From an uncultured bacterium (GTDB taxonomy: Bacteria > Verrucomicrobiota > Verrucomicrobiia > Verrucomicrobiales > DEV007): 64,000 bases of DNA. A program made the position numbers and the translations under genes. Shown piece after piece: positions 1-8,214 of this stretch. How positions within the stretch are numbered: position 1 is the stretch's first letter; each line of letters starts with the position of its first letter. Where the stretch lies: NCBI GenBank assembly GCA_963977015.1, contig CAXBMO010000016.1, forward strand, positions 1 to 64,000. The letters are read 5' to 3'. The notes beneath the pieces are model-generated. The model was not told the DNA's origin and ran no database searches. It saw only the letters and a program-made list of their open reading frames with translations.

Positions 1-28
1 TAGGGTAGCGCAGAACTTCAGTTTTCAA

Positions 29-54
29 GTGTCCATTTTTCGGGAAACAGGTCA
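29..54. mobile_element. Terminal inverted repeat of an IS3-family insertion sequence (element lies left of the window)
   Basis: Reverse complement reads TGACCTGTTTCCCGAAAAATGGACAC, matching the IS3-family end pattern 5'-TG...TGGACAC. It abuts and truncates the intron sequence at 55. Confidence 0.7.
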
Positions 55-238
55 CTAAGAACTGAACCACCCTTCTGGCTCATGGCTTTTGCATAGCCTT
101 CCTCCCCACGACCGGCTACCCGGCCGCAGTTGCCTTCTGCAAGCGCTTGAGTTGGTTACTCTGATTTTCATCATTTCAGCATTCGGTTCTCACACCTGGG
201 ACTTGCACCTCATTAAACCGCGCCCATGCTACGAACAC
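55..238 (-). ncRNA. 5' end (domain I part) of a group II intron, attC-targeting type; truncated by IS
   Basis: Minus strand begins (GT)GTGTTCGTAGCATGGGCGCGGTTTAATGAGGTGCAAGTCCC...GAGAACC...AAGGCAACTGCG...GTGGGGAGGAAG, like 5' ends of attC-inserted bacterial group II introns. The 5' exon ends in TTGT. The start could be 238 or 240 because of the GT repeat. Confidence 0.75.
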
Positions 239-359
239 ACAAGGCGTGGGTGGCAACCCGCTATCCACCCTGAGTCAAAACCCGAATGACAAATCCAACC
301 TTTAACCCTGCAGTCGGACCGCGCCCCCTGTAGTGAATGGGTAGCTTTTGACGTTGAAG
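239..359 (+). other. attC-like recombination site (R'' split by intron 1, right arm partly deleted)
   Basis: ACAAGGCGTGGGTGGCAACCCGCTATCCA ... TGGGTAGC-TTTTGAC-GTTGAAG. 260-267 pairs with 338-345, the core GTT is at 353-355, and the next ATG follows at 362. Confidence 0.6.
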
Positions 360-361
360 AA

Positions 362-922
362 ATGAAGTCCCAAACAATACACCCTTCTATCCTTCTCGGG
401 ATCGGACTCGCAGCGTTGATTGCGGTATTGATTTGGCCACTCCCTACCCACACCCTTAATGAAAGCCAATTTGCAGCTTCTCTCAATGAATCGGGCGTTT
501 GCTCATGGTATTTACGCAGTTGGCCAACATCTGCCGAGCCTTCAGTGGTACGACTCTATTCACTAGAGACTTACCGCGATGCCAAGAAGCGATACTCTCG
601 CGGATATCAACCCAATTCACCCCGTCCCGTGCGAAAAGTCTCAACTTTGGGGATTTCAGCGACAATGGTCGAAGCAGATCGTAATAATGATTTCCATTTA
701 TTTTTTTCATATCGAAACCTCTTCGGATCCATCTCTGTTGACCCCAAACATCCGAAACTTTCAAATGGTCGATCTGCGGAACAAGACGCGTTAAGAGCTC
801 TTGCGATAGTCGTTTCCACGCTTGAGAGTGGAGGCGAAGGCGTCGACACAGTTTCAAAATCGCTGATTGCTCAGTATTGGAGCCGGAAGTTGAAACCAAC
901 AATCGAGGAATACTGGCCATAA
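362..922 (+). CDS. Hypothetical protein with N-terminal membrane anchor; probable gene cassette
   Basis: 186-aa ORF starting 6 nt after the attC core GTT and ending just before the next R''-like box. Hydrophobic ILLGIGLAALIAVLIW; lower GC than the core. Confidence 0.7.
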   Translation: MKSQTIHPSILLGIGLAALIAVLIWPLPTHTLNESQFAASLNESGVCSWYLRSWPTSAEPSVVRLYSLETYRDAKKRYSRGYQPNSPRPVRKVSTLGISATMVEADRNNDFHLFFSYRNLFGSISVDPKHPKLSNGRSAEQDALRALAIVVSTLESGGEGVDTVSKSLIAQYWSRKLKPTIEEYWP

Positions 923-933
923 CTAAACACCGA

Positions 934-1006
934 ATTAGGGTAGGCTGAAGGTTCGAGCTTCAGCTCCCCACACCACCGGCCGTCCGGGCCCGTAGCCGGC
1001 AGTTCC
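934..1006 (-). ncRNA. 3' end (domains V and VI) of a second group II intron inserted in the downstream attC
   Basis: Minus strand GAACTGCCGGCTACGGGCCCGGACGGCCGGTGGTGTGGGGAG (short IIC-like DV), then GCTGAAG/CTTCAGC hairpin and CCTACCCTAAT end with bulged A. The 3' exon begins TCGGT (top strand ACCGA). Confidence 0.8.
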
Positions 1007-1266
1007 GATTCGTCATGCTCTAGCGGATTTTCCCTACAATGCCTTTCGGCTTCTTGGGTCCGTTCGGGACGCAAAAAGGCGAATGGAGATCCACACGAAG
1101 AGCGCGGAGACAGACGCAGTGGAGCGCTACCGATCCCGTCTCCGCACGATCCCCTCCTACGGCGGCCTGGCATTCCGCTCGGCGACGTCTCTCGCCGCGC
1201 GGATGAACCTGAAGGTCTCGGTAAAAAACCGATTGACCCTCGGGAGGTTGAGCCATTGATTTTAGG

Positions 1267-1473
1267 ATGGCTACACTTTTGGAAATCCAGAAAGACACCG
1301 AAGGCCTTTCTATTGAAGAAAAGTCCGGCCTCATCACTCATTTGCTCAGCTCTCTCCCCTCACCCCAGCTTGACTCGCGTGACGAGGAAGCCAATCAGCG
1401 CGATTTGGAAATGGATTCCGGCACCATTGATTTGGTAAGTCACGAGGAACTCGTTAAATCGGTTCGCGGGTGA
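1267..1473 (+). CDS. Addiction-module antitoxin (TIGR02574-like)
   Basis: 68 aa with LSIEEKSGLITHLLSSL...EEANQRDLEMDSG...SHEE pattern; 4-bp overlap with the toxin gene. Confidence 0.8.
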   Translation: MATLLEIQKDTEGLSIEEKSGLITHLLSSLPSPQLDSRDEEANQRDLEMDSGTIDLVSHEELVKSVRG

Positions 1474-1766
1474 AGCGAGAAATTTATTATCACCCAAAGG
1501 TACCCGCCGAAATTCGAGAGATTTACCGTTACTACACGGATCTTTCTGAGCGATTGGGAGAAGAGTTTTGGACTGAGTTGATGGAGGCGCTTGAATACGC
1601 CAGCGAATTCCCAGAACGACATCACTTCGACCCAAGCGGTAGGAGACGGAGCAACTTAACCAAGTTTCCCTATCATTTCCTCTTTCGAGTGTTTCCGGAC
1701 TACATCCGAGTCACTATTGTCCGTCACGATAAGCGAGATCCCAAGCTTGGTTCTCGTCGCTCCTGA
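1470..1766 (+). CDS. Type II toxin, RelE/ParE family
   Basis: 98 aa: YHPKVPAEIREIYRYY...EF..EL...FP...RRSNLTKFPYHFLFR...VRHDKRDP, typical of ParE-like toxins. Confidence 0.85.
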   Translation: MKREIYYHPKVPAEIREIYRYYTDLSERLGEEFWTELMEALEYASEFPERHHFDPSGRRRSNLTKFPYHFLFRVFPDYIRVTIVRHDKRDPKLGSRRS

Positions 1767-1821
1767 GAATACCGCGTTCTGCCAAAGTGGATGATCTCTT
1801 GGAGGCTACGATCAATGACTT

Positions 1822-1946
1822 TTGAGTGATGGCTTGCTGGATCACATGGTCCACCACGGTGGGTAGGCACACCCAGGGCGAGTTGGCTTCCCTCAGGCTT
1901 GGGATTTGGATCCCGCTTGATTTATCTGGATGGGGAGTGGCCATTT
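1822..1946 (-). pseudogene. Frameshifted remnant of group II intron reverse transcriptase (RT0 end to RT2)
   Basis: Across frames reads IKR..(Q)IPKPEG...LGVPT / PTVVDHVIQQAITQ, matching the IEP motif RRVxIPKPxGxxRxLGIPTVxDRVIQQA. Confidence 0.75.
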
Positions 1947-1950
1947 GTGG

Positions 1951-2057
1951 TTCCACCACAAATTCCGCTCAATGATCTGATTACCAGATTCTACAAATCA
2001 GCCAATTGAACGCGGCAAACTGCGATCGTTGGTGGGTTCATAGCCTTGGCGTTCGTC
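1951..2057 (+). other. Remainder (right part) of the second attC-like site
   Basis: CCACC (from 1953) pairs with GGTGG and CCGCTCAAT pairs with ATTGAACGCGG. Ends GGTGGGTTCATAGCCTTGGC-GTTCGTC; GTTCG is complementary to the CGA|AC R'' box split at 933/934. Confidence 0.5.
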
Positions 2058-2174
2058 GAGGGTTCCGGCTTCGCCGATTTCAACAAGGGGCAATCCTTGC
2101 GGATTTTTTTGAGCCGGGAGATGGCGGTGAGTGGCCCATGGACATCCTGTCACTTATCGCCGTAACTCCTGACC

Positions 2175-2660
2175 ATGAACGAAGCGCCTGCCCCTGACGG
2201 AACTCCCGCATTGCTCGTCGTTGCCATCGTCATTCTCTTCCCGATCGTGTTTTGCACGTTCTGGGTCGGGGTTTGTTTCCTGATTTCCCGGTTTGGATGG
2301 CACCAGTTTGCGCAGGATTTCGCCGCCACGAACAAGCCGAGGGAGGGTGCGATGTTTTTTGGGAGGTCGGGCCGGTTTGGTCTCCTGGGATTCGGGCAGT
2401 ATGGCAATTGCCTGGATGCGACGCTGATTCCCGCGGGCATTTACTTAAGCGTGAACGTCCTGTTTCGCTGCGGCCATCGTCCCTTGCTGATTCCGTGGTC
2501 GAAAGTCGAGCGTGTCGAGGAACGATCCTTCCTCTTCGTGAACTTTCTCCACGTGGTGGTGAGGCACGGAACGCGAAAACTTTTCCTCCGGATGCCGCTG
2601 CAAAGCCGCGAACTGATCGAGAACTATCGGCGCGAAGCCACCGCTTCCGAAACGCGATGA
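2175..2660 (+). CDS. Hypothetical membrane protein
   Basis: 161 aa with N-terminal TM segments and a GIYLSV...FRCGHRPLLIPWS motif. Confidence 0.7.
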   Translation: MNEAPAPDGTPALLVVAIVILFPIVFCTFWVGVCFLISRFGWHQFAQDFAATNKPREGAMFFGRSGRFGLLGFGQYGNCLDATLIPAGIYLSVNVLFRCGHRPLLIPWSKVERVEERSFLFVNFLHVVVRHGTRKLFLRMPLQSRELIENYRREATASETR

Positions 2661-2664
2661 GCGG

Positions 2665-2991
2665 TTACCGCACCTGTTCGCGAATCCAGGCGAGGTAGTC
2701 TGCCGACCCGGCCTCGATCGGAACGGCGATGATCTCAGGAACGTCGTAAGGATGACGCTCGCGCAACTCCGCCTCAAGGTTCGGAAAAGCGGCGCGCGTG
2801 GTTTTGAGCATCGCGGGAATTTCCGTCTCGGTCTCGAGGTTCCCTTTCCAGGCGTAGATGGAGGTGGCGGGACTGAGCAGATTGACGCAGGCGGCCAATT
2901 GCTTTTCGACCAACTCAGTGCCAAGCTTTTGAGCGATTTCCGAATTCGGAAACGTGGTGAAGACGAGCAAACAATCGTCGGTTGATTCCAT
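2665..2991 (-). CDS. cutA: Divalent-cation tolerance protein CutA
   Basis: LVFTTFP...LVEKQLAACVN...SIYAWKG...HPYDVPEIIA...YLAWI. Start placed at ATG 2991. Confidence 0.95.
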   Translation of the reverse strand: MESTDDCLLVFTTFPNSEIAQKLGTELVEKQLAACVNLLSPATSIYAWKGNLETETEIPAMLKTTRAAFPNLEAELRERHPYDVPEIIAVPIEAGSADYLAWIREQVR

Positions 2992-2994
2992 GAT

Positions 2995-4170
2995 ATGAAA
3001 GCGGGGTTCCTCGAAAAACTGATCCAAAAAGTCGAACGTGTCGAGCCCGGAGAAGTTCAGGGTTATCTGGTGCGGCTAACGCAGGAAAAGGGGTTTTTGG
3101 AGAAGGTTTTTGATGCGCTGCAGGAGGGCGTGATTGTGACGGATACCGATGGAGTGATTTCCTATGTCAACCGGGCCGCGGGCGAGTTATTTTCCAACCA
3201 GCTGAAAGATGCGGAAGGGGAACGCATCACAACGCGGATTCCAGGCCTGGAATGGGAATCGCTCGTCCACGAGCGCAAGGTTGTGAGCCGTGACCTGGAA
3301 GTCTTTTATCCGGAGAATCGCTTTCTCACCTTTTACCTGGCCCCGATTGAAGATGGGGAAATCATTCTCGGTTGGGTCATGATTTTTCAGGACACCACGG
3401 AGCGTCGCAGGCTGGAGGCGGAGAAGATTGAATCGGAGACGTTGAACGTGTTGACGATGCTGGCGGCCGGCGTTGCCCACGAAATTGGGAACCCGCTCAA
3501 TTCCCTGAACATTCATCTGCAGCTCGCCGAACGAAAGATGCGCAAGGCGCCGCCGAAGTTGCGCAAGGAGATGCAGGAAATTCTCGATATCTCCCGCAGC
3601 GAGATCAAGCGTCTCGATTTGATCATCGGGAACTTCCTCAGCGCGATCCGCCCGACGGAACCGCGAACCAAGGAGGAGGATCTGAACAAGTTGGTGCAGG
3701 AATCCCTGCGCGTGCTGGAGCCGGAAATCAAGGACCGCCAGATCAACGTCCGCGTGGAGCTTCACTCCGATCTGCCGAAGCTCCAGTTGGATGCCGACCA
3801 GATCAAGCAGGCGTTCTACAACCTGATCCGCAATGCGAACCAGGCGATGGGAACGGGAGGTCATCTCGTCATTCGAACCGATGCCGACGACTACAACATC
3901 CTCGTGCAATTTGATGACGACGGGGTTGGGATCAGCGCAAAAGACATGGCCGGTTTGTTCAAGCCTTACCACACCACGAAGCAGAGCGGCTCCGGGCTCG
4001 GGCTCTTGATCGTGCGCCGCATCATTCGGGAGCACGGTGGCGAAATTGAGCTGGAGAGCGAGGAAAAACAGGGAACGACGGTCACCTGTTATTTCCCGCG
4101 GTTCGAGAAGCGCATGCGATTGCTTCCGATGAACGAAGAGTTCGAAGAAATCGTCGTCGAGTCGGAGTGA
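2995..4170 (+). CDS. PAS-domain sensor histidine kinase (NtrB-like)
   Basis: PAS (EGVIVTDTDGVISYVNRAA), H-box AGVAHEIGNPLNSL, N-box QAFYNLIRNA, G1 DDGVGI, G2 GSGLGL. Confidence 0.95.
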   Translation: MKAGFLEKLIQKVERVEPGEVQGYLVRLTQEKGFLEKVFDALQEGVIVTDTDGVISYVNRAAGELFSNQLKDAEGERITTRIPGLEWESLVHERKVVSRDLEVFYPENRFLTFYLAPIEDGEIILGWVMIFQDTTERRRLEAEKIESETLNVLTMLAAGVAHEIGNPLNSLNIHLQLAERKMRKAPPKLRKEMQEILDISRSEIKRLDLIIGNFLSAIRPTEPRTKEEDLNKLVQESLRVLEPEIKDRQINVRVELHSDLPKLQLDADQIKQAFYNLIRNANQAMGTGGHLVIRTDADDYNILVQFDDDGVGISAKDMAGLFKPYHTTKQSGSGLGLLIVRRIIREHGGEIELESEEKQGTTVTCYFPRFEKRMRLLPMNEEFEEIVVESE

Positions 4171-5484
4171 TCAGGAACGATTCCGCGTGAGGAAGTCGGC
4201 GTAGGCGTTGGCGGAATGCTCGGAGAAGTCGAGTCCGTCCTCCTGCTCGCGGTCCGTGGCCCGAAGTCCGACCACCTTGTTGATGATGGCGAAACAAACG
4301 TAGGACAGGACGAAGGCTCCGAGGCAGATGGAGGTCGCGCCGATTGCCTGAACCGCGAGGACGTCCGGATCGAACATCGCGCCTTCGGCAAACAATCCCA
4401 CGCACATCGTGCCCCAGAAACCGTTGAAGAGATGGACGGGAACCGCGCCAACCACGTCATCGATGAGCAGTTTCTCCAAAAAGATCGATCCAGCGGTCGA
4501 AATGATCCCGGCCACGGCTCCAATGATGACGGCGAAGAGCGGATTGACCAGGTCGCAACAGGCAGTGATCGCGACCAGGCCACCCAGAATGCCGTTCAGG
4601 GCGATCAGCGGGTTCGGCGTGCCGCGCAACACCCAGAAAAGCGCCATTCCGGCGATCGCACCAGCGGATCCAGCGACCATGGTGTTGACGCAGATGCGTC
4701 CAAGTTGGTCCGTCGCCTCCAGGAGTGAACCCGCGTTGAAACCAAACCAGCCCACCCAGAGAATCAGGGTTCCGAACGTGGCCAGCGGAAGATTGTGACC
4801 CGGCAGATAGCGTGGACTGCCGCCCGGCCCGAACCGTCCCTTGCGGGGCCCGACAACAATGATGCCGGCCAGCGCCGCAGCGCCGCCAACTGCGTGAACC
4901 ACCGTGGAACCGGCAAAATCGTGGAAACCAATTCGCCCCAACCAACCAGGATCGCCGCCAAATCCGAAAGCCAGGCCCGTGGCTCCCCCACCCCACGCCC
5001 AGTGCCCGAACAGGGGGTAAATGAAGCCTGAAAGAATCACGGTGTAGCACAAATAGCCAAGAAAGCGGGTCCGTTCCGCCATGGCTCCGGAGGCAATGGT
5101 GCAGGCGGTTGCCGCAAACATCGTTTGGAAAAACCAATACGACCAAAACGGGCTGTCACCGGGAATATTCCAGAGCTTGAAGCTGTCCCAGCCAATGATT
5201 CCTCCCATGGACGCGCCAAACATGAGGGTGAAGCCGAAAAACAAAAACGCGAGCGAGGCGGCCGCGAAATCGAGCACGTTCTTCATCGCCACATTGAGCG
5301 TGTTCTTGGCGCGGGCAAGGCCCATCTCCAACATGCAGAAACCAATCTGCATGAGAAACACAAACAGGGCCGCAGTCAAAATCCAGCTGGTATCCGCCGG
5401 GCTGTAGACAGCTGCGGCTTCGGTTTGGGCGAAACCCGAGGGCGCCAGGAGGAACAAGGTGAGGAGAATGAGAAAATTCGGCAT
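4171..5484 (-). CDS. amt: Ammonium transporter (Amt family)
   Basis: FLMQIGFCMLE, SGAMAERT, DFAGSTVVH, LWVGWFGFNAGS, DDVVGAVPVH; both pore histidines present. Confidence 0.97.
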   Translation of the reverse strand: MPNFLILLTLFLLAPSGFAQTEAAAVYSPADTSWILTAALFVFLMQIGFCMLEMGLARAKNTLNVAMKNVLDFAAASLAFLFFGFTLMFGASMGGIIGWDSFKLWNIPGDSPFWSYWFFQTMFAATACTIASGAMAERTRFLGYLCYTVILSGFIYPLFGHWAWGGGATGLAFGFGGDPGWLGRIGFHDFAGSTVVHAVGGAAALAGIIVVGPRKGRFGPGGSPRYLPGHNLPLATFGTLILWVGWFGFNAGSLLEATDQLGRICVNTMVAGSAGAIAGMALFWVLRGTPNPLIALNGILGGLVAITACCDLVNPLFAVIIGAVAGIISTAGSIFLEKLLIDDVVGAVPVHLFNGFWGTMCVGLFAEGAMFDPDVLAVQAIGATSICLGAFVLSYVCFAIINKVVGLRATDREQEDGLDFSEHSANAYADFLTRNRS

Positions 5485-5497
5485 GACGTAGCGGGCG

Positions 5498-6136
5498 TTA
5501 GTGATGTTGTTTGAGCAGGTAATCCAGTTCCAGGTTCAGCAATCCACGCAAACCCCGGTCGCGAATTTGTTTCAAAACTCCCAGCCCAAAGCGTCCGAAT
5601 TCATCGCTGGGCGGAAATTGCCCCTTCGCGAAGCCGCTGTCCGCCAGCTGGCGATCGATCATGGCCGAGGCTTGCCCGGAACCGACGACTTTGGTTAGGA
5701 GCGACTCCAATTCGAGACGAAACGCGGGCCAGCTCAAGCCGGTCTGAGCGGGTTCCGGGACGACAATCGTCTGCGTTTCCTCCTTCGGCTTGGCGGGAAG
5801 GTCCAGCACTTCCGAAAACCGGTCGAGAAAGAGCTCGCCACTTCGTTCCACCATCTCCGTCTGCCCCTGATCCTCGTAGAACATCGCCAGAATGATGGTG
5901 CGATGATTGATCAGCATGAGCGTCAACCCTTCGAAGCCGATCACGACCTTTTTCGCGAGGCGCCCCTCATTGGCATAAGCCTGAAAAAAGTCGACCACGC
6001 CGACCCGAAATTTCTCCGCCTCTTCATCACTCAACGACAAGTCCTTGTACGCATAGGCACCACCGCGAACGACGGCTACGCCATCCAGACGTCGAATCTT
6101 CTTCAGCAAATCAAGGCCGTTTTCCAGAGTCTCCAT
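5498..6136 (-). CDS. Hypothetical protein, possible roadblock/LC7-like N-domain
   Basis: 212 aa, 13 bp upstream of amt. IRRLDGVAVVRGG...helix...VVIGFEGLTLMLIN pattern; helical C-domain LTKVVGSGQASAMID. Confidence 0.6.
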   Translation of the reverse strand: METLENGLDLLKKIRRLDGVAVVRGGAYAYKDLSLSDEEAEKFRVGVVDFFQAYANEGRLAKKVVIGFEGLTLMLINHRTIILAMFYEDQGQTEMVERSGELFLDRFSEVLDLPAKPKEETQTIVVPEPAQTGLSWPAFRLELESLLTKVVGSGQASAMIDRQLADSGFAKGQFPPSDEFGRFGLGVLKQIRDRGLRGLLNLELDYLLKQHH

Positions 6137-6144
6137 CTCGAAAT

Positions 6145-6414
6145 CTAGCGAACCGACTTGAGCAACTCATGAGGAGGAACCTCGCCCACGGCACCCACCG
6201 CAGTGGCGACCAATTCCTCATTGCCGGATTCGGTCACCAAAAATGCCATCGACTCCTGGCCAAAGCTCAGGTACGCGCACTCGATCGGAGATTTTCCAAT
6301 GGAATCGGCAAGTTCGTTGGCGCGTTCGGCCAAGGTAATCGTATCTTCCGTCAACTCCGGCCGGTCGGCGCTATCGATGATGCGCGGGCGGAGTGGCTTG
6401 ATTTCTGGAGCCAT
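6145..6414 (-). CDS. Small hypothetical protein, possible roadblock-like fold
   Basis: 89 aa, first gene of the apparent 3-gene amt operon (8-bp gap to the next gene). Confidence 0.55.
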   Translation of the reverse strand: MAPEIKPLRPRIIDSADRPELTEDTITLAERANELADSIGKSPIECAYLSFGQESMAFLVTESGNEELVATAVGAVGEVPPHELLKSVR

Positions 6415-6620
6415 GTTGGTTTCGAGATTTCGAGGTCAGTAAGCGGCGCAAACTACGGGTTTTTCCCAACCGCGCCACAGATAATTCGACTTTGTCTCAG
6501 GATTTGAAGAATTCTGGAAGGTATGGAATCTGCCAACCTCCGGTCCATCCCAATCGTTGCCCCACCCGCGAATCTGGGTTTAGTAGGGCAGAATTCACCA
6601 TGGACGACTTCGATCTCGGA

Positions 6621-8009
6621 ATGCCAACGTCAACCCTCCTCATCGTCGATGATGAGAAGAATACGCGTGATGGATTGCGTCGTTCGTTTGAGGATGATTT
6701 CGACGTGTATGTTGCGGCCGATATCGAGGGAGCGATGGACGTTCTCAATGGAGATGACATCGACATCATGGTCACCGACCTTCGGCTCGGCGGCGAAAAC
6801 GGGATGGATTTGATCGATCGGGCGCTCAAGCTGGCCAAGGCGCCGATCTGCATCATGATGACGGCCTACGGCTCGGTCGATACCGCGGTCGAGGCGATGA
6901 AACGGGGTGCCTATGAGTACGTCACCAAGCCGCTCAACATCGATGAGTTGGAGATCATCATCAAACGCGCGCTCCGCAGCCAGAACCTGGAGAAGGAGAA
7001 TGTCAGTCTCAAGAAGCAGGTCGAGAAGCGGTTCACGGTCAGCAACATCATCGGCAAAGCACCGGCGATGCAGCCCGTCTTCGACATGATCGAGCAGGTT
7101 GCCCCAAGCCGGGCGACGGTGTTGATCGAGGGCGAAAACGGAACAGGAAAAGAGTTAGTCGCCAAGGCAATTCACAATTTGAGTGGACGCCCCAAGGCGA
7201 AGCTGATTGCGGTTCATTGCGCGGGCCTGAATCGTGAGGTGATGGAGTCCGAGCTTTTTGGTCATGTCAAGGGCGCCTATACCGATGCGCACAAAGACCG
7301 CGTTGGTTACTTTGAGGAAGCCGACGGGGGAACCCTCTTTCTCGACGAGATTGGCGAGATTGATCCTCCCACCCAGATCAAGCTTCTCCGCGCGATTGGG
7401 GAGCGAACGATCCAAAAGGTGGGGAGCACGAAACCGATCGAGGTCGACGTGAGGCTGGTCACCGCGACGAACAAGAATTTGGAATCCATGGTTCAATCGG
7501 GCGATTTTCGCGAGGACCTGTTTTACCGCCTCAACGTCATCACGATCAACATGCCTCCGTTGCGCGATCGCAAGGAGGACATCGTTTTGCTCGCCGACGC
7601 CTTTCTCAAGGAATTTGCCGAGGAAAACGCGAAACCGGTGAAGGGACTGACGAACGAAGCGCTGGGCTGCCTGATGGAATACGACTGGCCCGGCAATGTC
7701 CGCGAATTGCGAACCGCGATCGAGCACGGCGTCGTGCTTAGTCAGGCTGAGAAGATTACGGTGCGGCACCTGCCCCAGCGCGTTCGCGGCGAACGGAATT
7801 CCTCGCTCGCATCCTTCGGCGGAAAAGCGGTCGGCAACCTGAGTTCCAACGGAGGATCCAATACCGATCTGAATCTCGCGAAAATGGAAGAGCAGTTCAT
7901 CCGGATGGCGCTCGATCGCACCAACGGCAACCGCACCGAGGCCGCCGAGTTGCTCGGGCTAAGCCGGCGAACGCTGCAACGGCGTCTCAAGGAAATGGGA
8001 CTGAATTAG
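6621..8009 (+). CDS. Sigma54-dependent response regulator (NtrC family: REC-AAA+-Fis HTH)
   Basis: LLIVDDE/VTDLRL receiver, GENGTGKE Walker A, ESELFGHVKGAYTDA, TLFLDEIGE, FREDLFYRLNV, WPGNVREL, C-terminal HTH. Start 6621 or 6600. Confidence 0.96.
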   Translation: MPTSTLLIVDDEKNTRDGLRRSFEDDFDVYVAADIEGAMDVLNGDDIDIMVTDLRLGGENGMDLIDRALKLAKAPICIMMTAYGSVDTAVEAMKRGAYEYVTKPLNIDELEIIIKRALRSQNLEKENVSLKKQVEKRFTVSNIIGKAPAMQPVFDMIEQVAPSRATVLIEGENGTGKELVAKAIHNLSGRPKAKLIAVHCAGLNREVMESELFGHVKGAYTDAHKDRVGYFEEADGGTLFLDEIGEIDPPTQIKLLRAIGERTIQKVGSTKPIEVDVRLVTATNKNLESMVQSGDFREDLFYRLNVITINMPPLRDRKEDIVLLADAFLKEFAEENAKPVKGLTNEALGCLMEYDWPGNVRELRTAIEHGVVLSQAEKITVRHLPQRVRGERNSSLASFGGKAVGNLSSNGGSNTDLNLAKMEEQFIRMALDRTNGNRTEAAELLGLSRRTLQRRLKEMGLN

Positions 8010-8214
8010 GCGAAACCGCTTGCAAGTTCCCAACTTTAACGGACTATCGGGCATCCAACGGGGTCGTCTTAACACTGACGCCTCGCAATATTTGTGATTC
8101 CAAGGTCTCCAAATTGACCATCACGATTGCCGCTCCAAATGCGGCCCTTTCTTTTTCCAAGCGTCCGGCGGGTAGAGATTTATTGAAGGTTCCGGACCCA
8201 ACACTTAACGGAAA

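Noticed and set aside
1090-1210. Possible short inverted-repeat element upstream of the antitoxin
   Set aside because: Pairing is too weak and irregular to support a call.
1714-1959. 81-aa ORF as a functional RT (retron or defence RT)
   Set aside because: Only a frameshifted RT0-RT2 scrap; no YADD or downstream domains.
6414-6620. Sigma54 (-24/-12) promoter for the amt operon
   Set aside because: TGGCGC is present on the minus strand but there is no GC at the required spacing.
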